DNA of 63,705 nucleotides, the filler included, from Octopus bimaculoides (Eukaryota), in assembly GCF_001194135.2 (NCBI RefSeq). It is 7 parts of 7 records of this genome, joined end to end, with 100 filler letters (N's around TTAATTAATTAA, not from the genome) between each part and the next. Parts side by side here need not be neighbours in the genome. Positions count along the whole stretch, not along the records: positions 1 to 14,433 come from NC_068988.1; positions 14,534 to 19,937 come from NC_068996.1; positions 20,038 to 35,045 come from NC_068984.1; 4 more parts are not named here. The stretch is one strand, 5' to 3'. Under the pieces are notes generated by a model, which worked only from the letters and a program-made list of their open reading frames with translations, ran no database searches and had not been told where the DNA came from. How positions within the stretch are numbered: position 1 is the stretch's first letter; every line of letters begins with the position of its first letter. Position numbers and translations under genes: made by a program. Positions 11,755-24,540 of the stretch are shown piece after piece.

Positions 11755-11872
11755 TATGACGAGCTGGCAGACTCTTTAGCGCCCCAAACAAAATGCTGAC
11801 GATCACTTTGTCCGTTTTCCAAATCTGCTTTCAAATTCTGCCGAGGTCGACTTGCACGTCATCCTTTCAAGT
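11755..11872 (+). mobile_element. SINE family A head, truncated by (AT)n
   Basis: GAGCTGGCAGA...TTCAAATTCTGCCGAGGTCGACTT...TCATCCTTTC. Confidence 0.78.
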
Positions 11873-11917
<45 letters not shown>

Positions 11918-11921
<4 letters not shown>

Positions 11922-11990
11922 ATGCTGCGGTACTGAACTCAGAACCATGTGGCTGGGAAGCAAGCTTCATACCACACATCCACGTCGCAC
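11918..11990 (-). mobile_element. SINE family B head
   Basis: ACTGAACTCAGAACCATGTGGCTGGGAAGCAAGCTTCATACCACAC. Confidence 0.8.
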
Positions 11991-12699
11991 CTATATGAAT
12001 TTTAGTGTGTACGTGTAGATAGATAGGTTGATAAATAGATAGATGCATGCATAAGCACATGCATACATATATACATACGAACATATTTGGCCAATATTTT
12101 AGAAATAATGAGTCTATATAAACACATTATTTTTCATAATTGTGTCATCACCTTCAATAAAATGTTCTTCCTCCTCTTTTTCTTCATCTTGGTCTTCGTC
12201 TTCTTCTTCGTCATCGGTTAAAAAAATCCATCAAACCAAGTTCGCCTGCTTGCAATAAAATACCTTACTCGTATAAATAGCTTAATCAAAACTTATCAAA
12301 CAAATCGAAACATCTGTAATTATATTTTAATTAGTTTCTTTGGGACTATCATTAATTGTCAAGCAAATATTTCACGTGTGTAGATAAATATTGTGTCCAA
12401 TAATTTTTTAAAATGTATCACAATATCTGAAGCACTAATGAGCCGCAATAACATCAATATGTGCCAAACGACATAGTTTTTTTTTTGTCATTTCATTTAC
12501 CAATATATTTATCGATCTCAAATGTCATTAACTCCACGTTACGTTTCCATAAACTCAAAAAATGATCCTCAATTAATTTATGAAAATCAGTCTAGTTGTG
12601 ATTCTTTGTTATATTGTATTTTCATCTTCGTATGGAAATCGTAAAAATGAAATACACTGCGTTTATTTTAATTCATTTTGAAAAACTGTGCCTCCCACA

Positions 12700-12960
12700 C
12701 TATAGAGACATTTCCATGGTTCCATTAGACAAAATGAAAAGTGTGCTGTCACGGAGGACGACGAGAGAAATTCGCTGAAACATCCACTCTGACCCACGGG
12801 GCTCGCACATGCGGACAACCATCTACGTCTTGATAGCAGTGAGCAAGGATAAGGCCCAAGAGGCGAAGAACACAAAGTTCTCCACTGCTACAGGCCCGAC
12901 CATAGATCTGTCAGAGAGCAACCTGCCGTAAAATGCAGTTTCAACTTTGAAATCATTGTA
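12700..12960 (-). mobile_element. CRE-type non-LTR retrotransposon, C-terminal RLE fragment
   Basis: Minus frame DRSMVGPVAVENFVFFASWALSLLTAIKT*MVVRMCEPRGSEWMFQRISLVVLRDSTLFILS resembles the CRE C-terminus (P.AVET.G..G ... EPR...LFQRIS.A..RGN). Confidence 0.65.
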
Positions 12961-13024
12961 GAAATGTAAGTGAAACCAGATTATTAGATTTTAAAGAAGG
13001 AAGAGATTGATATATAATATATTT

Positions 13025-13227
13025 CTAGGTTCAGGTGAGGTTATGCGGTTAAAAAGCTCGCTTTGCAATTGCAACCAAGTGGTTTTGGGTTCAGTCCTAC
13101 TGAACGGTAACTTGGGCAAGTTTATTCTATTATATCTCTCAGCAAATCCATGCTTTGTAAGTGAATTTGATAGTCGAAAAGTATCTGGAAATTCATCCAT
13201 TATTATACGTGTCTTTGTGAGGTGGGA

Positions 13228-13300
<73 letters not shown>

Positions 13301-13490
13301 CATGTGTGTGTGCGTGTGTGTCTTTTTGTTTGTCCCTCCCTATCCACCGCTTAACCGGTTTTGGGTTATTGATGTCTCTGTGATCTGGCAGTTCGGCAGA
13401 AGTGACTTAGAAAAAAAGACATAAGTACTTGTGTCGCTTTGTTCAACTAAAATCCCGCAAGAGGGCGTCTAATAGCTGATACAAGTAAAA
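13025..13490 (+). mobile_element. SINE family B with an expanded internal (GA)n
   Basis: GGTTCAGTCCTACTG...CTTGGGCAAGT head, TGTCCCTCCCTATCCACCGCTT...GCAGTTCGGCA 3' half. Confidence 0.78.
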
Positions 13491-13504
13491 GAGAAAGCCT
13501 GGTA

Positions 13505-13710
13505 TGATTGGATATATAGTCACTGCTTGAACATATTCCATCATTGGTTTACTCCAAGTGGGCTGCCTGAGGTTAAATAAACAACAATAGCGTTTGGAGT
13601 TCATAAAGATTTTGCTGTTGGTGGTAGTGAACGGCGTGTTATTTAACCCCATGTAATTCATAATCGAGCACATCTATGATCAGTGTTGTTCCGAACATGG
13701 CCATCTAATC
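13505..13710. mobile_element. Two short 3' ends of an unclassified repeat (family D), tail to tail
   Basis: GGGCTGCCTGAGGTTAAATAAACAACAA (+) faces GTGTTATTTAACCCCATG...GATCAG (-); similar ends at about 6165-6220 and 32875-32935. Confidence 0.5.
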
Positions 13711-13984
13711 TTAATGGTCATTGGATCTCGAACTACATTATGACCTATGTCCTTCCACGTTATAATTCTGTTTATAGCGATGTGTGATACGACAGTGACT
13801 TAATTTTTTTTTCTAGCAGTCTCCATGTTGAGATTTCCTTGGGAATTTCAAAGAAAATTAGGAAATTAAGAAATAACGTCTCACTTCATTAATAGAAAGT
13901 GTAAGTGGTATTGAATTGTGATCCAATTAAAATTCAGAAATTTATTTATACATCGGTGATAATAATAAACGATGCAGTGAAACA

Positions 13985-14100
13985 TAAAAGGGTGAAAGGC
14001 AAAGTCAAACTCGGTGGAATTCGAACTCATACCGTAAAGACAGATGAAATGCTGCTAAGCATAATCCCAGGTGTGCTAAAGACTCTGCCAGCTCGTTGCT
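13985..14100 (-). mobile_element. SINE family A 5' half
   Basis: GAAAGGCAAAGTCAAACTCGGTGGAATTCGAACTC...CTCTGCCAGCTCG. Confidence 0.85.
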
Positions 14101-14114
14101 TTAATAATAATAAT

Positions 14115-14147
<33 letters not shown>

Positions 14148-14163
14148 AATAATAATAATGGTG

Positions 14164-14226
<63 letters not shown>

Positions 14227-14242
14227 GTAATAATGATAATAG

Positions 14243-14433
14243 AGGTAACTCGAATGTGGAATCTAAAATCTAAAAACAGTAACAATTCCTATCATAGTAG
14301 GTATAATAAAAAAATATTCAGACAAATACATACCAAAAACACCAGGACTTACAAGTATATATAACATACAGAAAATTGCACTACTGGGCACTGCACACAT
14401 CCTACGCAAAACACTTTCAATACAGTAACCATA
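14243..14433 (+). mobile_element. R4/Dong-type non-LTR element, RLE C-terminus, 5' joined to (AAT)n
   Basis: EVTRMWNLK..TIPIIVG ... KTPGLTSIYNIQKIALLGTAHILRKTLSIQ*; the LQK...LGTA.ILR ending is typical of the R4 clade. Confidence 0.8.
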
Positions 14434-14533
14434 NNNNNNNNNNNNNNNNNNNNNNNNNNNNNNNNNNNNNNNNNNNNTTAATTAATTAANNNNNNNNNNN
14501 NNNNNNNNNNNNNNNNNNNNNNNNNNNNNNNNN

Positions 14534-14820
14534 AGGGTTAGAGTTAGGGTTAGGCTTAGGGTTAATTGTTTCAGAATCGTTTGTTTATGTAGTCGGCACT
14601 TAATGTATATCGGCTGAATGGACGTCAGTGATTGGTTGAAATTACAGAAATACGACAACTTTAACATGGAATAATTTATGGATTTCTTTTTTTTTTAAGA
14701 AGACTAAGAGAAAAAGATGTTTTATATGACACATTCTACCAGTGTTCCAAGTTTCAAAGTGTTTCGTTAATGAAAAATGTGGCCCCCGATTTAAAAAAGA
14801 TCCGGAATTTCTGCTACCTG
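14534..14820. mobile_element. Unclassified repeat family E with TTAGGG-like hexamers at its edge
   Basis: AGGGTTAGAGTTAGGGTTAGGCTTAGGG followed by GATTGGTTGAAATTACAGAAATACGACAACTTTAA...GATGTTTTATATGACACATTCTACC; second copy near 60.8-61.0 kb. Confidence 0.7.
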
Positions 14821-16369
14821 TGTTTTGAAATTTCTTGTGCTTCAGTGAAAACATCTTTAGTCATTCATGTATGACTGACTATTTTAATTCCATAAGTTTT
14901 GTTGTACTCTCTCTCCCCCCTCTCTTTTTCCCCCACTTCTATCTTATTTTTCTCTCCTACCTCTTTCCCAGTTTCTCTCTTCCACCTCTCTCTCTCTCTT
15001 ATTTTGACTTCTGATCAAGGTTAAAAGTAACATTAAAAGAATCATTGTTTACTGCCATTTATTTCACCTATTTTATTAACCCACCACCTTCACACATATA
15101 CATCTGTGATGCGTATGTGTGTTCAAAATTAATGTAGAGAATAACAGCATAGAAGACTAAGTGAAAACAAAGTGTAATTATCAGTTTGAGCCCAATGAGA
15201 GGTTAAGACAGTGGATGTGTCATTGACATTTTGAGCTTAAATTCTTTTTCATAAAGTTAGACAGCTTAAAGAAAGCTCAACAATGTTAACAAGAGCTAAA
15301 TTCCTACTGTATATTCCTAACAACAAAAACACTAAATAAAATCTCAAAGCAGTTCTAATATTAAACACTGAAATGTGTATGTGCTTTGCAAAAGAATAAA
15401 ATAAAATAAATGCGATATTTATTTACTTAGAAAGAAAAGGTACATCCAAGACTAGTTATTGCAGACATTTTCTTCTATCTGTATAATATTATGTAAAAAT
15501 AGTTCTACCCTTATTGAGTAACATTTCAGTGAAGTAAGCAGTAGACATAAAAAGTTCATATCTTAGTTGATATCAAATAAATGATTACTGTCTTTATTCA
15601 TTAACGGTTATATGTATGTGTATATTTGTTTGTATACTTTTAAAATTATCAAAACATTTTGATACATAATTGTTATATTTAGTTTTTATCAAGCTTTGGA
15701 AATATTTAGAAACTTGGGTTAGATCCAGTCCCAAGTTTACTAGATAAATACTCCACTACCTGTAACCTTCTCTTAGATGTTTTCGTATTGTAGTATTTAT
15801 TGCAACATGAAACTGACACTTCCTTGTGTTGCTACTTGTAGTTTCACATGTAGCATAATTCCTTAGGCAATAAGTTAAAATGAACATTTAAGTAACAACA
15901 TAGGAAAATACCAGCTGCATACAATAAACACACACATACTTGCACACATAGATAAATTCATATACACACATACATTGAGCCCAGGAAATAATTGCCTACT
16001 ATAATTTACTCTATTTCAAAACTCTGTAGAATCTTGAGAAATCGATGAAAAAAGAATTTCATCTAATTACATAAATTAATAAATATTTGATTTGATTTTG
16101 CCATTTCTTTCTATCATATTGTCTACCTTTTCTTTTTTCAATTCAATTCTTCAGTTCTTATATACATCTTAGAAATTATTTTTCTATAAGAAGAAATCTA
16201 ATGTAGGTATCTGTTCCTGCATGTGTTTCTCCAAATATCCACATAATAGTTTAATTCTTACAATAATTATATACTAATGAGTTTTATAATTACATTATAG
16301 ATTTTAAATGAAAGAAATCCTTTTTCTGTATTTAAATTTTTCTTTTTCCAATCTGAATATTTCTCTCTC

Positions 16370-16590
16370 TTCATTGGCTGAAATATTACTGCACCAGACA
16401 AAATGCTTAGCAGCCTTTTTTTTTTTTTTCTGGTTTTACATTCTGAGTTCAAATATTATCAAGGTTGACTGTGCCTTTCATCCCATCAGGGTCGATAAAA
16501 AAGTCCCAGTCAAACACTAGGGTCAGCGTAATTGACTAGTCCCCTCCCACCATATATCAGGTTTTGTGGCTATAGTAGAATTATTATTAT
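16370..16590 (+). mobile_element. SINE family A (tail type 3), CpG-depleted
   Basis: ATTCTGAGTTCAAAT...GTTGACTGTGCCTTTCATCCCATCAGGGTCGATAAAA...GGTTTTGTGGCTATAGTAGAATTATT. Confidence 0.8.
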
Positions 16591-17237
16591 TAGGAGGGAT
16601 TGGCAAAATAATCAAAGGATTGCTGCATTTAGTGACAGCCCTTTATGTTCTAACTTCCAAATTCCTGGGACCCCCATATGTATATATGAAATTATTATTC
16701 ACTTATATGTGAGTACCTTTGCATCATTACATGCAAGCACTCATAACAAATACATATATATATGTACCTATGTACTTTAGACATAAAGGTGTATTCCATT
16801 GCATACTCATAAAAACACATAATGTCTATTTAATGCTACAATCTTGTAACGATCAGATTTCAGAAAACAGTGAAGCACCTATTAACTCTGTGTGTGAGTG
16901 TGAAATTATATTGACTGACTTTAGAGTTTTACTGAGTATATAGCTTACATAGTAACTTCAAAGTTTTGCTGGTTATTTGGTATATTTAGCTGTTAGTTTG
17001 AAAATCAACATATCCAACAAAACTTCAAAGTTATTATCAGTAAAATTATTACATTAGATTCTACACTTGTATTGAGTCCCTTTGTCAGTTAGTGTTTGTC
17101 TGATTAGTCAGGTGGTTCCTTAGTCACATCAATGAAGAGCAATGATTCTATATAAAAATTGCCTCAAGAAATAGCAACCTGTTCTACCCAGGCAAGTGTC
17201 AAATGTGGACATAAAAAAATGATGATGTCACTACAAA

Positions 17238-17349
<112 letters not shown>

Positions 17350-17494
17350 TGTATCTACCCTTAAAGTAATTTTATGCTGGAAGAAACAAATGCAGCTTAA
17401 CATTTTGAACAGAAGCATTAAACTCTTCATGGCATAATATTTATTTTACTTTTAGAACCGTTTGCATCTTCTCGGGTTTTACTGCATATATGTT

Positions 17495-17620
17495 CAGGTA
17501 TGGCTGTGTGGTTCAGGTTCAGTTCCACTGCACAGCACTTTGAAGCAACTGTCTCACTCTGTAGTCCTGGGCAACCAAAGTTTTGTGAATGGATTTCATA
17601 AATGGACACTAAAAAAATCA
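17495..17620 (+). mobile_element. SINE family B 5' half, internally deleted
   Basis: GGTATGGCTGTGTGG..GGTTCAGTTCCACTG...GGGCAACCAAAG. Confidence 0.75.
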
Positions 17621-17645
17621 TATATATAAATAATGTGTATGTTTG

Positions 17646-17693
<48 letters not shown>

Positions 17694-19876
17694 TTAGGAC
17701 ATTAAATGACGATATATATCATGAGATATACATCAACTGGTTTGACTCTAGTATATAAATGAGACTCAGCTTATGCAAGGGCTTAAATGGAAATTAAATC
17801 TCAACAAGATTGGAATCAATTCAGTATGAACTAAAAAGACTAAGCACTAAACACGGAAAAGTAATTATTATCTTATTAGTCTCCACCACACTTTAAAATA
17901 TCAATTAATGGCCTTGATGATGATTAAAAGAATAATTTGTACACAGATCTCAAGACTTATTTTAATAATGTTTTCATTAAAAATAGTGTTTGCAAGGATT
18001 TTTACTTTGTTATATTGTTCTTGATTTAATCCAAAGATTTCTCTAGCAGTTTATGAACATATCTCTAAAGAGATTTACAATCTGTATGCTGCAACTGGCT
18101 TTAAAAATATCCAAGAATTTGGAGGGGTTTAGTAAAATAACTTTTCCATTATTAAAAAGTTTTTCAGATAAGATTGTGATAGAATGTAATTTTGAAATTT
18201 AAATATAATGTATTTTAAAGCAAGAAGCTAATATTTTTTACCCAAAGTTAGTATCACCTGCTCTGGTCAGAAGTGTTGAACAAGGTTTTCCTGTTTTTAT
18301 TATTTAGTTAGAACGCCTTTTAAAAAAAAATTATAGTTAAAAACAGATTTTGGCACATATTTGAATTATTTTCATCTGCATTTTACATCCACTTTTCCAT
18401 GCTGGCATGTGTTGGACAGATGCATCTCAAAACATCATCTTCCCATTGCTTGAAATATTGGAACTATATGTATGTGTGCCTTTCTAACACATACACACAC
18501 ACACATATATATATATATATGGTATGCATGTGTGTGAGTGACCTGTATAAAAACGTATTGTACAGGTGGATGCACATAACACTATTTGACTATTAAATTA
18601 AGTATATTTAGATAGTTTGAAAACAAACATTCAAACATACTGCAGATCTTAAGGCACTTCTTGCACTTAGTTTTAATCAAATCAAAAGGGCAATAATAGA
18701 CTACAGTGGAATAAAAATATCTTCAGTTAGACAAAATTTAATATTGAATTAGATAAATTTTACCAAATTTTAAAAAAGAACTATATACACAAGGATCTAT
18801 AACATATTTATTTCATTAACAAAATATTCAGAGAAATTAGGCTTTTATTTAAAAGGAATTGTAAGCCTTTACAATAAAAGAAGAAAGGTATTTCTCAACA
18901 AACTGATTTTTGTTTATCCATATAATTTTAATTTATGCATGGAGCCATTCTGATTTTGTATCATTACTGTTGTCATATTTGTTGCTGTTGTTATTCTTGC
19001 AAAGGACATAATTGTCACTTTCCTTCATATATTTTTCTATATATATTCTTTGGCTTCTTCACATCTATAAGAAAGAAAATATTCCTTTAATATATCTTTT
19101 TCATTTTTCTTTTTTTCTTATACATATTTTCTATTCTCTTTCTCAAACAAAGCCTTTTGAGTAATACAGAATAGAGAAAAAAGAATGGTGTGTTACTGAA
19201 GCCTTTTTAAAAGATATATTTTATTAGATACAAAACAAAAATGGTGGTGGTGGTGGTGGTAGTGGTGATTACACTGATCATCCAAAATGTAGCCAAGATG
19301 TTTACCATATAGCATAGTGGTTAAATGATTTGAGGTTACCATGAATTCCCATCTTTTTGATAACAGGGTCAGAATATAGCTTGCTTCTATCTGGCTGAAA
19401 ACCGGTACCAAACATAATTTATGGTTCTGTAGCAGGAGGGCGCAATCAGCTATAACAATATTTACTCCAAAAATCATTATTAGGTTCTTTAAGTATTAAT
19501 CAAAAGAAATGTCACACAAGAACATAATTGTTTTAAGTATGCATAAATATACCTATATATCTATCTATACATAGCACACATATGTGTGTGTGTGTGTGTG
19601 TGTGTAGTCTAAGTTGTTTTCCTTTGCATAAAAAAAAGGAAACTTACTAAGTGATTGTAACAAGTTGAAATAAGTATATATGCATATAGCAACAAACATG
19701 TATATCTGTGAATATGCCTGTATGTGTATATATATATTCCTTATTCTACTATATATATATATATGTGTGTGTGTGTGTTTATAACATGTGTACGTATATA
19801 TAAATGTAATGTGTGCATGTGTATGTATATATATATATATGTGCATGTGTTTATATACTGTGTATGTGTTTGTATG

Positions 19877-19937
<61 letters not shown>

Positions 19938-20759
19938 NNNNNNNNNNNNNNNNNNNNNNNNNNNNNNNNNNNNNNNNNNNNTTAATTAATTAANNNNNNN
20001 NNNNNNNNNNNNNNNNNNNNNNNNNNNNNNNNNNNNNACACAGAAAGGGAGAGAGAAAGAGAGAACAATTGTAACCTACGCTATTATCTCAAGTTAATGA
20101 CATTATTTGTGTGTGTGCGTGTGTGTGTGTGTGTGTGTGAGTGTGTGTGTGTGTGTGTGTGCGTGCGTGCGTGTTAATGACTAAAATTGTTACCAAACAG
20201 TTCTTTCCCAACCCATTTTTTTACCTACAAGCGTCGAAGTACAGAATATCAAATATGATCCTACTACATCGTATTCAGTGCAATTCAATGTGCATATTTA
20301 AAGATAATATAGAACTTAAACCAGACAATGTTATTTGCACTGACAATTTCCAGCAAAGATACCGAAGTAGCGTTATGTAGAGTCAATTCTTTATACCGTT
20401 TATGTAATCTGTGCGTATTTTTTAATGAATATTTCTAAACCCATGAAAAGAGGCACATTGAGTAGATTTAAGAAAGGCTTGTTCAATATTTTTGGTTTCT
20501 ACAAGCAGCATGTATCGTGACTTTAAATACCGAAAGGTCAGTTGACAATTGTTAACCCAACCTGCTGCAAAACTGAAATATCCAAATGAGTATTTTGAAA
20601 AACTGCTTGGCTGGTCACGAATCTACCTTCATAGCAGTTAATCGATTTTCTCATGTTAATGAACAAAACAAACATCCTCTCATTTAAAAATTGTATGTTT
20701 TTAAAATCCTAATTTTAGAAGATAAATTATGAGAAAGTGGTCATGGCAATAATACAGGC

Positions 20760-20799
<40 letters not shown>

Positions 20800-21808
20800 T
20801 TCACAACATAATACAGGATAAAGCTTCTTCCCAAGTCATATAGACTCGGTTTCCTGAATTCTCAGGTGTGTATGCTCNNNNNNNNNNNNNNNNNNNNNNN
20901 NNNNNNNNNNNNNNNNNNNNNNNNNNNNNNNNNNNNNNNNNNNNNNNNNNNNNNNNNNNNNNNNNNNNNNNNNNNNNNNNNNNNNNNNNNNNNNNNNNNN
21001 NNNNNNNNNNNNNNNNNNNNNNNNNNNNNNNNNNNNNNNNNNNNNNNNNNNNNNNNNNNNNNNNNNNNNNNNNNNNNNNNNNNNNNNNNNNNNNNNNNNN
21101 NNNNNNNNNNNNNNNNNNNNNNNNNNNNNNNNNNNNNNNNNNNNNNNNNNNNNNNNNNNNNNNNNNNNNNNNNNNNNNNNNNNNNNNNNNNNNNNNNNNN
21201 NNNNNNNNNNNNNNNNNNNNNNNNNNNNNNNNNNNNNNNNNNNNNNNNNNNNNNNNNNNNNNNNNNNNNNNNNNNNNNNNNNNNNNNNNNNNNNNNNNNN
21301 NNNNNNNNNNNNNNNNNNNNNNNNNNNNNNNNNNNNNNNNNNNNNNNNNNNNNNNNNNNNNNNNNNNNNNNNNNNNNNNNNNNNNNNNNNNNNNNNNNNN
21401 NNNNNNNNNNNNNNNNNNNNNNNNNNNNNNNNNNNNNNNNNNNNNNNNNNNNNNNNNNNNNNNNNNNNNNNNNNNNNNNNNNNNNNNNNNNNNNNNNNNN
21501 NNNNNNNNNNNNNNNNNNNNNNNNNNNNNNNNNNNNNNNNNNNNNNNNNNNNNNNNNNNNNNNNNNNNNNNNNNNNNNNNNNNNNNNNNNNNNNNNNNNN
21601 NNNNNNNNNNNNNNNNNNNNNNNNNNNNNNNNNNNNNNNNNNNNNNNNNNNNNNNNNNNNNNNNNNNNNNNNNNNNNNNNNNNNNNNNNNNNNNNNNNNN
21701 NNNNNNNNNNNNNNNNNNNNNNNNNNNNNNNNNNNNNNNNNNNNNNNNNNNNNNNNNNNNNNNNNNNNNNNNNNNNNNNNNNNNNNNNNNNNNNNNNNNN
21801 NNNNNNNC

Positions 21809-23215
21809 TGGTATCTAGAATATCCCAGCTTTTGGAACATCGTGTAGGCCGAGGATTTCATTGACCGAGTATACCGTCATCGGAGAGTGATAGGTTAAAC
21901 ATATGTAATAGTTGAAGAATATCTATATATATAATTCTTCATAAATGATACTAGTGTGGTTCCTTTTGTCTAGAAAGGGGGGGGGGAGAAATCTAGTTAG
22001 AAATAAGAAAAATGAATGTTAGCAGTTCCAATGCTGGACTGAAAGGAAGAATAAGTGAAGTGCACTATAATGGGATGAAGATAGGCAGATAGATGTTCTG
22101 TATTAGATATATACTAATCAGTATAGTGAGGAGTGTGTGTGCAAAGACAGGGGATGAAGAAAAGCAGATGTCAGATCTATAGGTTGGGTAGCAATAAGAG
22201 AGGGATAGAGGAGATAATAAAGAGGTCGTAAAAATGATAATAGAAGTCTGATGTAGTAGGTGGTCTAATATTACCAGAGGGGAAGGCTAGCTTGGTTGTT
22301 ATAGTGCTAGAAATAGATGCCATACTAGCAAACAAAAGATTTAAAATTTAAAATTTAAAACTAAAAGTAAAATTAGAAATACAAAAATAAAAATAAAATT
22401 AAAAAATTAAAAATAGATAAAAAATAAAAGACAAAAAATATAAAATTAAGATTTGAATATCCATGGTGTTAATGAACCTATATTTCCATTGAAATCAAGG
22501 GATGAAAATAAATGAAATGTAAGTCCAAAGTTAATCGAGGGTAAATATAGATATAGATAAACAATTAAATGGATAGAACAGGGACGTTTAATTACTAAAT
22601 AAAGTATAAAAGGACGGAATGATTATGTGGGACTCATTAAATCCTAATTTGGTTCGGAGCAGTGAGCAGGTAGGCCTAGTCTTAGTCTATTAAACACGAG
22701 GGTGCTGTAACAGAGAGTAAATTATATTAGTTATACTTTGGGTATGCAAATAATGGAGGGAATGAGAATCTACGAAGGAAGGATAAGAATTAGAGCTATT
22801 GTAGATATACCAAATAGGTAGTATGACTATGCTAAATGTTAGTGAGAATAGAAAATGTTAGCTTTTTACACTTAGATCTGTGGAAAAACCTGAAAGACCT
22901 AAAGAATTTGTGTATACACGAGGAGAAGGCTACTAGCTGTTTATTTAATAACTGTGCGGTGTTATGTAATAAGGTTTTTAGGGCTTATTCCAGACATAGT
23001 CCACATGGATCATACTGGCCTTGTATGGAGGTAGAGTCTATGATGAACCATCTTATGCTGTAAGGTATTTTCATCTTGTAGTATAAGGTAATGCACACGG
23101 TCAGCTAGAGAAGTAGATTTGCTATGTTCTTCCTAGAAGATCTATTACATGTCAGAATTTTATATTTAAAATATATACAGTCCTTTTAAGCTTAATCCTC
23201 CAAGGCCATTGTTAA
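21809..23215 (-). mobile_element. Penelope-like element: GIY-YIG C-terminus plus long pyrimidine-rich 3' region
   Basis: Minus strand EHSKSTSLADRVHYL..KIPYSIRWFIID...CGLCLE*ALKTLLHNTAQLLNK...SCIHKF matches the PLE endonuclease tail (Y.I.W.I...C.LCL.E...LLNK...C.H). Confidence 0.7.
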
Positions 23216-23885
23216 AATATCATCGTAGCAGAACAAAAAGCTTGGAAGGAGAGATTTTGTGGAGGTGCTGAGCAATTGCTGATCGACAAAACTGTAATGG
23301 TTTTGTCTCCCACTGCATGCTAGAAGCCTTTCGACATGCTAAAGTCCCAGAGAATATAATCAACCCCATAGCTGACCTAACATCATTCTGGGTCATCATC
23401 CTGGAGATAAATTCAAGGAGCGATTGCATTATCACTAATAAAATAAAGTATCGCAGGTGTAATCCAAGTGATACATTTCATACTTTCAGTCATACATGTT
23501 AAGGAAATCGGAAGAGTGTGTACAGGAGGACAGAAGCACCATGATGATATACTGCTTCTTTGTAATGACTTGAAGCTGTATGCTAGGAATACGCATGATA
23601 TCGAAAAGTGTCTTGACCTGGTTATGGATATAGTGGATATAGGGCTGGAGTTTGGTCAAAATAAATATGCCTGTATGGTTGTAAAAAGAGGGGAAATTAT
23701 TTATTCTATACTATCTGCTGAGGTATGTTACAAGTACCTAGAGATTGATGGGAACATATTTTACGATGGTACCTGAAACAAGGAACGCGCCACTAACGAA
23801 TATAATGGTCAGATTAGAAAAACTATGGACCTTAGAACTCTACATATAATAAAACAGTGACCCACAGTATGTTTGCAGTACCTGT
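23200..23885 (+). mobile_element. R4/Dong-type reverse transcriptase fragment
   Basis: IVAEQK..GAEQLLIDK; DDILLLCNDLKLYARN (degenerate HLLYMDDLKLY); DIGLEFGQNKYA; YKYLEI; NKTVTHSMFAVPV. Confidence 0.82.
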
Positions 23886-23888
23886 ACC

Positions 23889-24540
23889 ATGTTTGCAGAA
23901 ACCATAATGGTCCTCAGGAGGACACTTGTCCTAAGCCACTTTGACTATTGCTCTCAGCTATGGTCACCAACCAGTGTCAAATTAATCTCAGAACTTGAGC
24001 CAATCCATCGAAGCTACACGAAGAAGATAGCCTCTATGCAGTATATAAGCTATTGAGAGAGACTCAAGAGATTAAGACTCTATTCCTTAGAGCAAAGGCG
24101 AGAAAAATATGCCATAATATACATCTGGATGATCCTCGAAGGACTTGTTCCAAACTTTGGCATCGAGAGTTACACAGATACTAGAACTGGGCGCCACTGC
24201 ATAGTGCCAAGGACTCCAAATTTGCCATCAAGATGTAGGACAAAATACTGCAATAGCCTGGGCTTCAGAGGTCCACAGCTCTTCAATATCCCTTCCGAAG
24301 GACCTGAGAGACCTGCATGCGGTGGATGTAGGTGTCTTCAAAATAAAGCTGGATCTCTTCCTGTCAAGTGTCCCAGATGAACCAACTTCACAGCAAGAGG
24401 TGCAGATGGGGGCAGCTGCATCAAACTCTCTCATGCAGCAAATGTCAATTCCTGAAAAGAATTCGTGAAGTAAAATTATGTAGCAACACCAAATGGCGGT
24501 GCCCCAGCATGGCCACAGCTCGTGTGCTGAAACTAGATGA
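23889..24540 (+). mobile_element. CR1-clade LINE, 5'-truncated, with intact 3' end
   Basis: RTLVLSHFDYCSQLWSP...Y*ERLKRLRLYSLEQRREKY...GPQLFNI..FKIKLDLFLSSVPDEP..AAASNSL; one stop and one frameshift. Confidence 0.88.

Noticed and set aside
14534-14565. True telomere or interstitial chromosome-fusion site
   Set aside because: Only a few variant hexamers, next to a gap and attached to a repeat family seen twice in the window.
21845-21890. Minus-strand CCGATGA...GAAA downstream of the PLE ORF
   Set aside because: The position fits a PLE hammerhead, but stems I and III cannot be drawn. Kept only as weak support for the variant core.
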